From the NCBI GenBank assembly GCA_002189035.1, contig NEEC01000007.1, positions 558,001-622,000 on the forward strand: a stretch of 64,000 nt of DNA, read 5' to 3'. Under the pieces are notes generated by a model, which was given only the letters and a program-made list of their open reading frames with translations, did no database searches and was not told the origin of the DNA. The number at the start of each line of letters is the position of its first letter. The first letter of the stretch is position 1. The position numbers and the translations under genes were made by a program. The DNA is from Utricularia gibba (Eukaryota > Plantae > Magnoliophyta). This document shows positions 16,728 to 30,000 of the stretch, one piece after another.

Positions 16728-19700
16728 ATGAGTGGATCAAGGCTATGTGGGTTGTTGACGGAGTTGGGGTATGAAGGCGCTGGGTCTTTAGATCCCGACA
16801 GCTTTGAATGGCCCTTTCAATACGATGATGTTAGACTCATTCTCGATTGGCTGTGCTCCAGCCTCCGTCTCTCCAATGTGCTCTCACCATCTGAGCTCTC
16901 CCAGTTAGTTTTCTCACATTCTATGATTTTCCCGTTAGGTTTGAATGACCGTTTTCTGATTCGTTTATCCATTTTGATGGTAATGCTGGCTCAATGTCGA
17001 ATTTCATGCCCGTTGTTTCCTTTGTTTAAGTAGATTAAGATGTTGTTTATAGGTACGAGCAGTTTTTACAAGAAGGAAAGCTTTTGGAGGTGATTCTGCA
17101 TTTTATTTACCTTCTTTTTTTAATTACAGAATCAGTTGGTTGAGCAAATGACATAGTAAGATGTGATGATTTGATCGACTTTGTATTATCAACAGGGGGA
17201 AGATTTAGACTTTGCTTATGAAAGCATTTCGGCTTTTTCAGTAAGGAGAGACACCCAAGAGGCGGTTTTTGGTACTGAAGAAGGACTAAAGGAAATACGG
17301 TAATGACTGCTTCTCATTAGGTTAATCCTCTGAAACACGCGGTATACTGGTTATAATTCTCGTTTTTCTGATCAGTGATGCTACATTAGCGGCAAAAAGT
17401 GAAGCTTTGGAACTTCAGAATCAGCTTCGGCATCTGCAAGTGCAAAATGACATTCTTACTGAGCAGGCTTCCATGCTGATTCAAGGAAGACGCGCCCGAG
17501 TTGCTGCAACTTCTGCAGCAAGTGCACAAATGTCCAATGTGGACGACGAGCTTTCAGCAAGGAACTTGGAGGTATCAATTTAGATAATCCTTTACCTAAT
17601 TGATTAATCAAATTTTCGGTCGGAGCTTTTTTTGATGGTTGGAAAGACCTGTTTCATGGTACCTTCGATCAGTCTCACGTTTTCTTCAATAGTTAGTTGT
17701 ACGTGCCATCATTTACTTGTGGAATGTTCATTCGGAAACAAAAGTCACAACTAAAATAAATTCCTATTCATTCAGATGAATGCAGTTCTTGGACGAATGG
17801 GCTCTACTGCTCAACAGCTGGAATTTTATCATTCTGGGGATGGTATCATCTCCCTTTATCTTATGCTTTGACAAAATATTTATTCTTATAAAAACGTTAC
17901 AAGATAAGAACTCCAAATCTTTTTTTTCTTCATAATCTCTTATTGCGCATGAGGAAAGAAGGATAGTTATGTAGTTGATGCCCATGTTCTATGCAATAGT
18001 ATTTGGTCTGTCAGATTTATTCTTATAAAGAAATGAGTATTTGATATCTGTTGTGCAGAGGATGGAATCTATTTGGCGTATACTGACTTCCATTCCTTCT
18101 TGCTTGTGGATTCCTCCTGTATGAAGGAACTGAATCAATGGATAGTAAAGCAACTAGAAACGGTATATTCAAATTGGCTATATTTTGTTTTTTTTCTTTT
18201 AGATTCTGGTTATGAAATGCCTGTTTTCGAGTTCTGTAGCCATAGTTGGATAATATTGCATTAGTACCAAATTAAGCTCTTTGAAAGTTTTTTGCCGTAT
18301 GGTCAGCTATGCACTTCAATTCATCAGGCCATAATTTGACATACATTATTGTTGCAAGGTTCCTGATGAGAAGAGAGATGAATTTTAAACCTCTATATGA
18401 TAATTATTTGGTGGTTATAGGGTCCTTTCAGGTTAGTAGCTGAAGAGGGAAAATCCAATTGTTCGTGGGTGAGCCTCAATGATGTCTCAAATATTACAAT
18501 GCAAGGTACCTTCTCCGATCAAATGTTTCCAAAGGAAATACATTCGTGAGTTCGGATCCAGGAGCTATTTTGCTGCTGCATCATGAACTAATTTAAGAAC
18601 GATAAGTATTATGTGAAAGACCAGCATATTTTTGTGCCAGTGGTTTGATTATTATGAGAAAATATGCAACGAAATCAGTTGGGGAATGTTAATTGTTGAT
18701 TGCATGATTTCACATACTGCCCACCTAGTGAGGTGAATATTGCATATCATTCGTGCTGTAAATTTACCACTCTTTATAATATTTAGTTTTGGATGCATTT
18801 TATCATGGTATGGAGTTAGCATTTTAATTCTTATCAGATTCAGAAAGCAAACAGCATCAGCGTCTCTCTGAACTTCAGCGGCTTCAGTCCATGTATGCTC
18901 ACTCTGTCATTATTTTGTGTGTGAATATCTGTAATTCTTCCTGATGATTTTCCATTGGTTTAACCATGCGCACAGTTAATATTACTAGCCCTTGATCTGT
19001 ACAATCTATGAAAGCTTCTGTTTGTATTTACATTTAGTCCAAGTTAAGCTCCAGATCGCATATCCCTGTTGTAGATTTGGAATAAGTGAAAGACAATGGG
19101 TAGAAGCTCAAGTTGAGAATTCCAAGCAGCAAGCCATTCTCATGACACTAAAAGCTCAAGTGACATCAGATGAAGCTCATATCCATTTAGATCTGCATTC
19201 TCTCCGGTATAGCTCCAAGTACTGACTATTTATTGATTTTATCTGAGGAAAAGACAAGGTTTTTCATTGTTCTTACTCTGTGTCAAAAATATTTCATATG
19301 CTTTTTTCTGCATTCTTCCATCTCCGCTCAACTTTTTGGCCCTTCAGCTTAACTTTACATTATTCACGTATTTGAATAGGAGAAAGCATGCTGAGCTGGC
19401 AGGAGAACTCGCAACTCTATATCGGAAAGAAGAGAAGTTGTTATCTGAGGTCTGAATGTGCATAGAGTTGCATTATTTTGAGTGAAATCGGTGTAGCATT
19501 TTCTCTGCTTGAGCTTGGGTTCCCTAGTATAGTAGTAAAGCATGGAAATTTCTTCCTGTGTCGTTTTTCTGCTCATTCACTTCGTGAAGATTCAATCTCT
19601 TCCGTCTGTGCTTTATCTCTATGCAGTCTATCCCTAATTTATGTTGGGAGCTTGCTCAGCTGCAAGACACATACATTCTGCAAGGTACAAACCTTGTCTG

Positions 19701-21073
19701 GTAGTTGCCACCTTCACGTATAATTTTTCTGCTACTGCTTTTTACTAATTTCTGTTTTATCCAACGCTCTATTTTTTTTTTTCTCAGGTGATTATGATCT
19801 AAAAGTCATGCGCCAAGAACTTTATATTAATCGGCAAAAGGCGGTATGCCTGAATCTCAAAAGCATGCTAGATCTGAAATTCTAAATTCTGTATTCATAT
19901 TCTGGTGGTGTAGAGGTTTGACGTTTCTAAACATTTTGCAGTTAATAAATCATTTGATAAATTTGCTATCGCGGCATCAGCTTTTAAAGTTAGCATGCCA
20001 GATGGAAAAGAAAACTATGCTTGAAGCCTATACCCTTCTCAAAGTCATCGAGTTAGAGCTGCAAGGTTACCTTTCTGCTGGCAGGGGTCGCGTGGTCAGC
20101 TTTTTTGATTTGCTTATTGCCTTTCTTCAGGAATGTTGATAAAACACAGTAGTTCTGATTTCCTGCACAATTTTGATCAACTAGGGCCAGTATGCTGCGC
20201 TGATTCAAGCTGCATCAGATTTGCCAGAACAAGGAGCGGTTGATGATCGAGATTCTCTCCTTCATGGTGTCAGAGATCTTTTAAGCGTCTACTCAAGTAA
20301 GGATTCCTCGTGGGCATATTTTTTTCCTTGCACAGAACATTAACGGCAGCATGAACCATATATTTTCAGATGTGCAAACCGGTTTTTCGGCATACGTCTC
20401 CGTTCCCGGCATTGTCCAGCAGCTATCCAACCTTCACTCTGATCTGATGACGCTGAAATCTGAAGTTGAGTATGCCCTCCCTGATGACAGGAATAGATGC
20501 ATTAATGAATTGTAAGCCATTGCAAAGTGTCTTTTTCATCATTTTCATTCAGCAACACAATATGTGGCTGATCGTTTCATGTTATCTTTTTCCAGATGCA
20601 CCCTTGTCCAAAGCTTGCAGCAGCTACTGTTTGCTTCATCTACAACTGCACAGCCGATACTAACACCCTGGGTAAGCTTTCCACATGCCTGTACTAAAAG
20701 GGAAAGGTTAACTTGAGCTCAAGTGTTTTATCTTCGTCCTTCACCCTTCCAGAGCTTAATGAAGGAGCTTGATGAAATGGAGAAGATCAACGCAAAGCTT
20801 TCAACAGCAGTTGAGGAGGTGACCATCGAACACTGCAAGAAGAATGAGGTAAAATTGATATAATAAGCCCTCAGGCTACTAGTTTCCTTCGTCAGTGAAA
20901 TCAACGAGTACCATCGCCTGGGTTGTTCCTGTGAAATGCAGATTGTCAAGCATCATTCCCAGGAAATGGCTCTCCAGAGGCGAGTATTCGTCGACTTCTT
21001 CTGCAACCCGGATCGCCTACGGAATCAAGTCAAGGAATTAACGGCGCGAGTCAGGGCTCTGCAGGCGTCGTAA
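16728..21073 (+). CDS. AUG3: AUGMIN subunit 3 (HAUS3), multi-exon
   Basis: [34 protein letters not shown]; [12 protein letters not shown]; [16 protein letters not shown]; [24 protein letters not shown]; C-terminus [29 protein letters not shown]. Confidence 0.93.
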
Positions 21074-21479
21074 TGCGTCTGAAGCCTCCGAGCTTCCTGA
21101 GCCGGAGAATGAATGGGATCTAAAACGTCTCTTGTTCTTCGCACATGGTCGCTATGGTGATTTTTTTATGGTTGTGATTGCTTCAAAACATTTGAACTCA
21201 CAAAAAAAGCATCAAACATTCGTGGATCAATTCGCCGGAGCTGTACGGAGAGGAGGGCCGGCGGCTGCGGGTTGAATCATTCCGTTTATAGACCCTATTT
21301 AATTTGCTTTGGCGGCTAAACAAACTGCCTAATAAAAAGCTACATGTGAATTGCGAAACGACGGATCCGGTGGGCGAAACGGGGATTTCGAAAAATATCG
21401 TTATTTCCGCTGGTGATCTCGATCTCGCCGCCGCCTCAGCTAAACTCGATTTTCCAATCGTCGGTGTACCTCGCCGACG

Positions 21480-23427
21480 ATGAAGGCACGGGCTCCGATT
21501 TGTTGGTGCGCTTTCACGCTAATTCTTGTATCCTTTTGGCTTATTCAGCCGTGTACTGCGATCTACTGCGAAGAGGATGACTGTTATGACCTTCTAGGGT
21601 ACGCACGTTCTGGCTTCGAGTTGCTGGTCCTTCGCTTCATCGATTTATAGCTAATCTATACCCTTTTCTTGCTGTCTTCCATTTTGAAGGGTTACTCAGA
21701 GAGCCAATGCATCTGAGATTAAGAAAGCATACTACAAGCTGTCTCTTAAATAGTAAGGAGCTATTGTTTATTAGTTTTCTTTGCTCGTTTTTTTGTTTTT
21801 GGTACAAGTTTCGCATTTCCAAGTTTGGTTCTTTATGATGCAGTCATCCGGATAAAAATCCTGATCCTGATTCGAGGAAGAAATTTGTAAAGATTGCGAA
21901 TGCTTACGAGGTATATTATTCTGTGAATTGCTACTTTTAGGTTTTTGTTGTTGCGCATACAGTTACTACAGATAGCTGCGTCGATTGAGTGTTATGGTTT
22001 TGTTTCTATTAAGATGTTAAAAAAATTTGTGAAACGTCGATGGTCTCTAAAGATGGATATTCTTTTGCTGCAGATTTTAAAAGATGAAGCTACAAGAGAG
22101 CAGTATGATTACGCAATTGCACATCCTGAAGAGGTATTGCGTAATCTGTTGATTGTCATGCATAGTTTTTTAGGTTATACAGGAGCGTAGGGAGCAGCCT
22201 GTAGTTTTCAGTATACTCAAATCATATGTGAATTTCCCTGATTTCAATAGGTATTTTACAATACAGCACGGTACTACCAGGCATATTACGGACACAAAAC
22301 AGTAAGATGACTTTAATGTCTTGCTATTTCTCTTGCTACACAAGTTCTTTGTTACAAAGATTAAAATAACCCTTTTTTCACAATTCTTAGTAACTTTGAT
22401 CGTTTATTTTTATTTTATTAGGATGCTCGTGCTGTTCTTGTTGGTCTTCTATTGGTCCTTTCAGGGTTTCAGTACCTAAACGAATGGACAAGGTATAAAC
22501 AGGTATTGGAAATAGCATTTTACATCCTAGCATATGCTCATTTTCAGATGAAATTGTGGCTATGAAGTTGTGATCTGAAATTTATAATCATGTGTTTTTA
22601 GAATTATCTGCTCATTCATTCTCAGGTGACAGCATAATCTTGTTACAGGCCATTGATATGGTGAGGAAGACTCCAGCTTACAAGAATAAGCTAAAGGCTT
22701 TGGAGCTTGAGCGCAGTGGAGCAGTTACCAATAAGAAGAAGCTTAACAAGCAGATAAAAAAGTACGACTTGTGTGGCGTCATTGCTCTTCATCTCACTGA
22801 CTAGAACCCTTCGTGTTCTACTTTCTTAACTTGTGTATCCTTGTCTTGTCATTAGGGAAATTGAAGAAGGCCTGAGCGGGGAACCTGAACTCTGGATAAA
22901 AGGAGCTGAAAAGCCATCTGTTTGGGGACTCATTGGAATTCGCTTCCTTCTCCTGCCTTACACAATCGGGAAGGTTTACACAGTTTAGGCGGCAACCACT
23001 TAATTTTACATGGTTTTTCCATGAAAGTAAATCTGAGTCTCGCAAATCATGCCTTTGATATCAATACCTCTTCTTGAACTTTACAGCTATCCATATGGCA
23101 CATGATGTGGCTTTGGAGGTACAAGGTAAAGGGATCTGAATACTCTTGGGAGGATGCTTCCTATTTAACAAGAAGATCCCTAGGAATACCATCTGATTCT
23201 TGGGAACATATAGGCAAGACACTTCATGACTATTTCTCAACTCTTATACCAATGACAAAACATATGATTTGCATGGGCGTTGATCTTTTTTTTGTTTGCG
23301 TTTCCCTCATCTTGGTTCATCAGATGGATCGACAAAAGAAGATCTCATCGAGAGACGATTATGGGAAAAGGGAAACTTGGATGACTACGTAGCTGAAATG
23401 CGTAGAGAGTCGAAGCGCAGAAGGTAG
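21480..23427 (+). CDS. ERDJ7: ER-type DnaJ protein (ERdj7/DNAJC25-like), multi-exon
   Basis: Signal peptide, then AIYCEEDDCYDLLG; J domain with HPD (KAYYKLSLKYHPDKNPD); YAIAHPEEVFYNTARYY; C-terminus RRLWEKGNLDDYVAEMRRESKRRR*. Last intron has a GC donor. Confidence 0.9.
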
Positions 23428-24304
23428 AAAGATGGCCTCAGGTTTGCTGCTGCTCAGTTTTGGGTTCACAACAGAACCTATTCCGTTCATTGTGACCCCC
23501 CTGAAGAAAAGCTCTCACATTAGAAAATTTTTCATGACTTATGATGTCTTCGAGGATGCATGTGGTTTTCTTATACGTGTCAGAAGAAAACGCATTGACA
23601 TGATAGATGATTTCAAACTCTTTCTATCTAATCGAACCTTTGCATGGCCTAGTGACATTTCATTGTGGATAATGATGATTTTGCGGTTTCTATGATCTTG
23701 AGATGATTATAATAAACCGAGCTGTTAATCGATCTATTTGTGGCTAATAGTGCTGGAATGGATGCTGCACGCAATCGTAAGCCGAGTGGGGTAAGCCATT
23801 GGATCAATTACGACCCTATATTTATTCTTTTTGTATGTGGCGAGTTTGAAGTTCCTATTGCCCTTCAAATTCCTTTTCTTGGATGGTTGTGTTTTGAGTT
23901 CCAGGTCTCCCTCCTCTTCCTCCCCTTGTTTCGCTTTCGGGAATATGCTTCGATCATTCCTTCTGATTTCCTCCTGAAAGAAAACGCCCCCAGAGGAAGC
24001 ACAAACCTGCATTTCTCTTCATGTCTGCACTTGTTTTGTAACAGGGCCCATCTTCTCCTGCATTACATTTCTTGTATGCCCATTACCACAACAATGTTTA
24101 CCCGCATATGGGAATTGTGAAGAGAACCGGAGGAGAGGAGAGAAGAGGGGCATCCCTTTGTTTCCATTAAAAAGGTACCTTCTTGTGCGATCGATTTGTT
24201 TTACTGCATTTGGGGAGTACCCCAAAACACCTCTTTTCACAAGGAATTGTGCGTAATGATGAACAGTTGGAATTTGAGGCGTAAGGGGGAGAAGCAGCAG
24301 GGCG

Positions 24305-24954
24305 ATGAAGGGGATCTACAAGGGTGTTAAATATACCCTCTCTCAAATGTTTGGTACATCGTCTTGTTGCATATGCTCAGGTTAGGATCCTGGTGTTCTG
24401 TCTGGGCATCCTTAGATTTTCCCCTTGATGACAGTTTCCAAGGAGCCTGAAGAGTTTGAGATTGGGCTTCCCACAGACGTTAAGCATGTTTCACATATTG
24501 GTTGGGATGGCTCCTCCGGGGCTGCTCCCACTTGGGTATGTTTGCCTGCCTATTGCTAAGTTGGAATTCTCTGCTACCATTACTCATCTTGAGCACGCTG
24601 CTTCCATTTCATCGGAAAATGCAGATGAACCAGTTCAATGCTTCCCCTGCATTCGCTGAAACCTCAGTTGGCAATTCTGGTTCTTCACTCCCTTCATGGT
24701 CAATTCTGAAGACAGTTTCCTGGATGTGAATGTGATCCATCACTCTCCTTGTGTCTCATGCAGATGCCTCAGATTCCACAAGGCAGCAGCAGTCGGAGTC
24801 GCCGCGTTCGAAGAAGAAGGCGAAACGGAAGAAGGTCAAGTCCACATCCTCCCCGAAATCCACAGGGAACTCAGTAAGGCCGTCGAGGATCGGAAAGCCG
24901 AAAACTAAATACGTTGAAGACAACACAATGCCGGCAGACATTGAAGTTGCATGA
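24305..24954 (+). CDS. RIC: CRIB-domain ROP-interacting protein (RIC family)
   Basis: [16 protein letters not shown]; CRIB motif [20 protein letters not shown]; basic tail [17 protein letters not shown]. The splice phase joining exon 3 to the last exon could not be resolved, so the 3' end is uncertain. Confidence 0.8.
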
Positions 24955-25208
24955 AATACAAAGAAAAGTTCATGTCATAAAAATACTCTTCCGCTCTTAG
25001 AATCAATCCCATGTATACTGACTGACTGATCTCCCGCTGGCCATAGAAAACAAGCCATGAACAGATCTTTTTCACACCATACTTCCAAAACAGTCGATTG
25101 ACAAAGGATCAACATTACAGCAATTGAAGCTCAGGCACCACGAATCAGAAAGCAGAACGAGGTTCGTAGGATTAAGCCTAATACACTAGCAGAAGACGAA
25201 GGAAGCGA

Positions 25209-25475
25209 TTACTTGCCGGTGTTCATCATGAGGGTGATATTATCGCCCTTGAGCAGAATCCGCCCGAGTTGCTTCCTACTGTTTTTCTTGATGCTAACTT
25301 CCTCGGCGTCGTCTAAAACGAGGTTCATGTACTCGTCGAATCCGATGATCCTGCCCTCGATCCGCAGATCCTTCTGCTCGAACAGCCAGATCTGAATCTT
25401 AGCCTTGCTCTGGAGGAACCTGAAGATCAGGTTGATCGGCTGGGTCATGATACGCTGAACCTTCGTGCTCGCCAT
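25209..25475 (-). CDS. SmE: Small nuclear ribonucleoprotein E, intronless
   Basis: Complete 88-aa [27 protein letters not shown]...[20 protein letters not shown]...[18 protein letters not shown] with Sm1 and Sm2 motifs. Confidence 0.97.
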   Translation of the reverse strand: MASTKVQRIMTQPINLIFRFLQSKAKIQIWLFEQKDLRIEGRIIGFDEYMNLVLDDAEEVSIKKNSRKQLGRILLKGDNITLMMNTGK

Positions 25476-25601
25476 TGCTGCTTGCTTCTTCGATCGACGC
25501 CTGTTTTCCTCCCCCGCCTCTTTTTCAACTTCAATCTCAAACGAACCCTAGACAGTGAACTGAAAACCCGATACCCTATCGTCTCGTCTGGTGAGCCTAC
25601 T

Positions 25602-25648
25602 TGGGCTCTAAGAATGACCGGGTGAGCCCAATAAGTTCTATCGGCCCA
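25602..25648. promoter_or_regulatory. Site II (TGGGCY) element cluster in the SmE promoter
   Basis: TGGGCT 25602-25607, AGCCCA 25625-25630, GGCCCA 25643-25648, plus an AACCCTA telo-box-like motif near 25544. This combination is typical of housekeeping RNA-machinery genes. Confidence 0.55.
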
Positions 25649-27030
25649 ATTCACCATATGATCCACGATCGACACAGATAGGCAGGCACGGGTGGTGCCC
25701 ACCGCCCCGACCCCACTTATTATTACATTTATTATTTCCTATTTTCCTTAATTTAATAATAATTGATATTATTGCGACAATCGACAACATAAATACAAAA
25801 TCTCCATATTAATTACACGCCAAAGCATTTATTCCCAGGAAAAATCAATTTAATTGTTGCCGTACAACAATCCCCGGATCCGTTCCTAGATCATCGGTGC
25901 GAAGGTTACTTTAGTAATTCCTCAACATTCATTTGCAATTACCTTGTTGCCCCTGCTCTCACGGACATGGCGGGCCCCAACGCTCATATGCGACGTGTGA
26001 TACTCCTTTTAATGAAGGAATTTTCGGTCTAATAAAAAAATGTGGAATTAATTTACGCGTTTGATAATATTTCTTCTTCAAAAATCAATTTTCCAGAACC
26101 ATTGTTTCCTTGTAATAAAATTAACTAAATTTTTACTCATTTTCTAAAGTATAATTAATTCGTGTTTATTATCAAAATTAATTTGATAAATTTCGAATAT
26201 GAATATCCGATAATAAATTCCTATCCAGAGGATCTTCTTTTTTAGCATGATGGTGTAATGATGAAAGAGGCTTCTGTCTAATCGAGTTTGTTATTTTATT
26301 ACCCCATTGATGTTTCATCAGCTTTGAATGATGGTGTTTGATATTTTGGTTTTTACTGTTTAAATAAATATATATATATATAGATAATAATATATGTTTG
26401 ATTGGGTAGTTTAGTAATACACGAGTATTTTATAAAATTACTTTAAAATACTCCAAATTAAATATTTCAAAACTCGACCTCTTCGTAGGTTTTACTAAAT
26501 AGTCCAATTTTTTAAAAAATATTTGTTTTAAACACATCTATCATATATAATATTATTTTAAACCATAATAGAAAAAAAAAAACCATTTCATATATACATT
26601 ACTAGAACTTATTATTAAAATTACAAATTTAAATAAAATAAAAATGGGTATTCAGAGAAATCGGCGATTTCCAAATCATTTTTATTGAGAGGCAGAGCCA
26701 GTTGGGTGTGGCGACAATCGATCTCTGGGCAGTGGGTTGTGAAATCAATTCAATCTCGTGAGCGTGAGTTGTAGCCCCCACACCGATAGTTCCCTTTTTT
26801 TCCCTAGTAAAAAAAAAAAAGAGCAGTTGGAAAATGTGTTAAAAATAGTATGAATTTGAAAATTAACCATCATACTGAAAAAATAATCATCATATATGTA
26901 AAAAAATTAGTTATATGTATATGAGATAATATGAGAATGGTTAATTTTCTGGCCTGAAAAGCACCACCCCATATGATCCAAATACATTGATTATAAAAAT
27001 ATTATAAAAAATAATAATAATACCACATCA

Positions 27031-27038
27031 TAAATGCA
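27031..27038 (+). promoter_or_regulatory. L1 box (TAAATGCA) upstream of the HD-ZIP IV gene
   Basis: Exact match followed by TTAATGAG; second exact copy at 27774-27781. This short AT-rich motif can occur by chance. Confidence 0.35.
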
Positions 27039-30000
27039 TTAATGAGGGTGGTGTGTGTCTGGGGACCATGTTATTTAAAGGAGTAACCAAATGAGGAGGA
27101 TCGGGGGTGCCTCTGTCCCCATCGCCCCCCAAATAGGCCCCCATCACCCCCAACACCTCCCAAGATTCTTCTTACACCAACTTGCTACCCACCCCCATGT
27201 AATACTAATAGTAATACCAATACCCCCACATAAAAAAAGAAAAAAAAAATCGCATTTTTTGTCGATTGTGTAACAACGTATTTGATAGTTGAAAAATATT
27301 TATACGTATTCATTTTCTCATAAACATATTATGAGAAAAAGTTCGTGGGTATTTGTTTGCTTCTACGATCCGTTGAGATTTGGTGTGTCGCATTTTCGGG
27401 GATGTTTTTCCTCATTAGGGGAAAAAAATAATCGCACGTGTGAGGCGTGAGGGAGGATCTTAGTGCGTTAATGATGTAGGTAACTATGGCGTGATAAATG
27501 AAGAATAATGGGGACGATAATTAATTTGGAAATATATGTTTATGTTGATATGGAGGGGCTGTGATGACATTTACTGAGAAAGACGTGCCCAATTATTAAT
27601 TACTGATTATTATCGGGCACGAAATGAAATTTGGTGGTCTCCCTTTTGGATCAAAAGGGGCGACCGAAAACACCACCACGCACTTTCCACCTGGTGCGCC
27701 TGGCTGGCACCTTCTTCCTCCCCAGAAATTTTCTTAGCTGTAAATGATGTTGATTGTGTCATTTTTTTCATATTAAATGCATTAGACAATGAAATTCATA
27801 TCATTATTTGCTTACCCAAATTCGAACAACATTACGCACCATGACCCGTATCCGAATATCCGTATTTATCCTAAATTTGGAAGTATAACCAAATGCAGTT
27901 GTATCAAAAAAAATTTTAAATAAAAAATTAGATATATCTAGTTGTTTATAAATATATTTTAGAAAATAAAAATATTTTCTAAAATATACAAATATAAATT
28001 AGAAGATGTTGCATAGTTGTTTATAGAAGATTTATATTCAAGTTTACATTTTTATCAATTCATATATTTATTTTTTGAGTATATGAATATACATAAATGA
28101 ATTACAGAAGATTATTAATTATATTTATATTATTTATATACTTAAACTTTTATTATCAAATATAAAAAGTTAGTTATATATAATTTAATATATATGTATA
28201 TATTCAATTATAATATAATTAAATATACTTATAATCTACTATCAAACGATCTCTTTTAACTATAAATCGATCGATTAATCAAGAATAGTCTTGCATTTTT
28301 CTACTACGTCAAACATATTTGGTAAATATGACAAGAATATTAAATTTGGGATAGTTGGGAGTAAATTACTAAGGTATTAAAGTGGATTATTGATTAAAGT
28401 ATTTATAAGGTGAAAGGGCATGGGCATGAATACATGATAATTAAAAGGAGAATATATGTGGAGAATGTATGACATGAGAGAAATGAATGATGATGGAAGA
28501 AGCAAATTGGGGAAAAAAAAACCCTAAACCCTAATAATACCTCTCATTAGTATTGGTTCGTTCATTCATTCAGATGCCCCCTGCTGCCTTTAATAGGAGA
28601 GCAGGATGGATTATGCTACAGTCGCAACTATCAAAATCTGGGTGGGAATTATGCGTATGTGTGGGATGAGGTTACAGTGATTAATCCCGCCATTAATGCC
28701 TGATTTGACCGAGGTGATTATGAAAGATTCTAATTTCTTCACAGGAATCGGAGCTGCTGCACGCACTGCGGTTGGAGACTGGGTTGCAGCAAACCATTCG
28801 GGTGTTTTTTGAATACCCAGTTCGTGTTTATGGAAACCCAGATGAGGTAGCGTTTGGTGGGCATTTGTAACTTCAAGATGAGCCTTCCTTGGAAGGTGAA
28901 AATTTTAGCCTATTTAGCAGCGTGTAATGGTCAGCAAATCTCCTTCTGGATGATTCTGCTTTCTGTGACTCTGCACTTGAAGAAGGGCAGGCTTTGTTCT
29001 TTGATTTCTGGTCTGATGAACAGCAGCAGTCTGGATTTAGAGAATGGGGGAAGTGGCAGAAGTATCACAATTTCACAGCTTGTGATGAGTTATTGGTTCT
29101 TTGGTGGAATCCAGATGGGAATAAAACAACTGAAATCTCCATGTGATGCAGCACCATGGGCTGTTTTGATGGTTCGCTAAGGGTTGATCTGCTGTATTCA
29201 TGACTGTGTGGTAATGCTACATACGATAATAAGGATTTACCACTAGGCACTAAAACCATCCACATCCCACATAGAAGAAACAGTTTAGGACATGTGCAAG
29301 TGAGTTGGTGTAGGGATGAGGGTAAGAAGAAGATAGCAGGAGTCCCCTCCCTCTTCTCTTCCTCCCCATAGCCAATAGGCATAAGAATTAAACATGTAAC
29401 ACCAACCTCCCCAAGAAAACAATGTGCTCCTACCCCACAATCCAAGCCATTTAATGCTCTTCTCTCCACAAAGCTCAAGCATTAACTCCACCTCTGCAAC
29501 ATCTTCTGCATCTGATTTCTTTTTTTTTTTGTTTTGCTGGTTCGAAGATAAAAAAGAGCTTTGGATTTCTTTTCTTTCACCCCCCACGTCTTTTTCTTTC
29601 ACTCTCATCGCCGTATGCCCGCAATTCCTCCTTAAATTCTAGTCACAAGAAAAGCACCACTGGCGCCAAGTCTGAAACCTATTACATATTTCTTCTTTCC
29701 CCTTCTTCAGACCAACTGGATCTGAATCCTTCCCTTCTTTTTCTTCTTCTTCCTCTTCTTCTGCAAACAACATCACCAAACATACAAAAAACCCTAATTC
29801 CGAACAGGGTTTTCTTCATTCGTGAGTGCGCGTAAAAATTTGAAGGTTTCTTCTTTTCCTCTTTGTCAGCACTGGGTTCGTAAGAAAATCTGGTGTATGG
29901 GAAAACCCTCTTCAGTTTCACTGTAACTGTGTATTATTTTTTTCGTCGGTTTGGCATGTTAAGACAGCGAGGATTTCTTTCCTTTTTAAATACATATATA

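Noticed and set aside
26410-26499. Nested inverted repeats (GAGTATTTTA/TAAAATACTC; TTTAGTAA/TTACTAAA) as a MITE or miRNA
   Set aside because: Short, AT-rich arms compatible with chance; no target-site duplication and no long stem.
29264-29274. snRNA-type USE ATCCCACATAG (also GTCCCACAT at ~12076)
   Set aside because: No TATA box at the expected spacing and no recognisable snRNA downstream.
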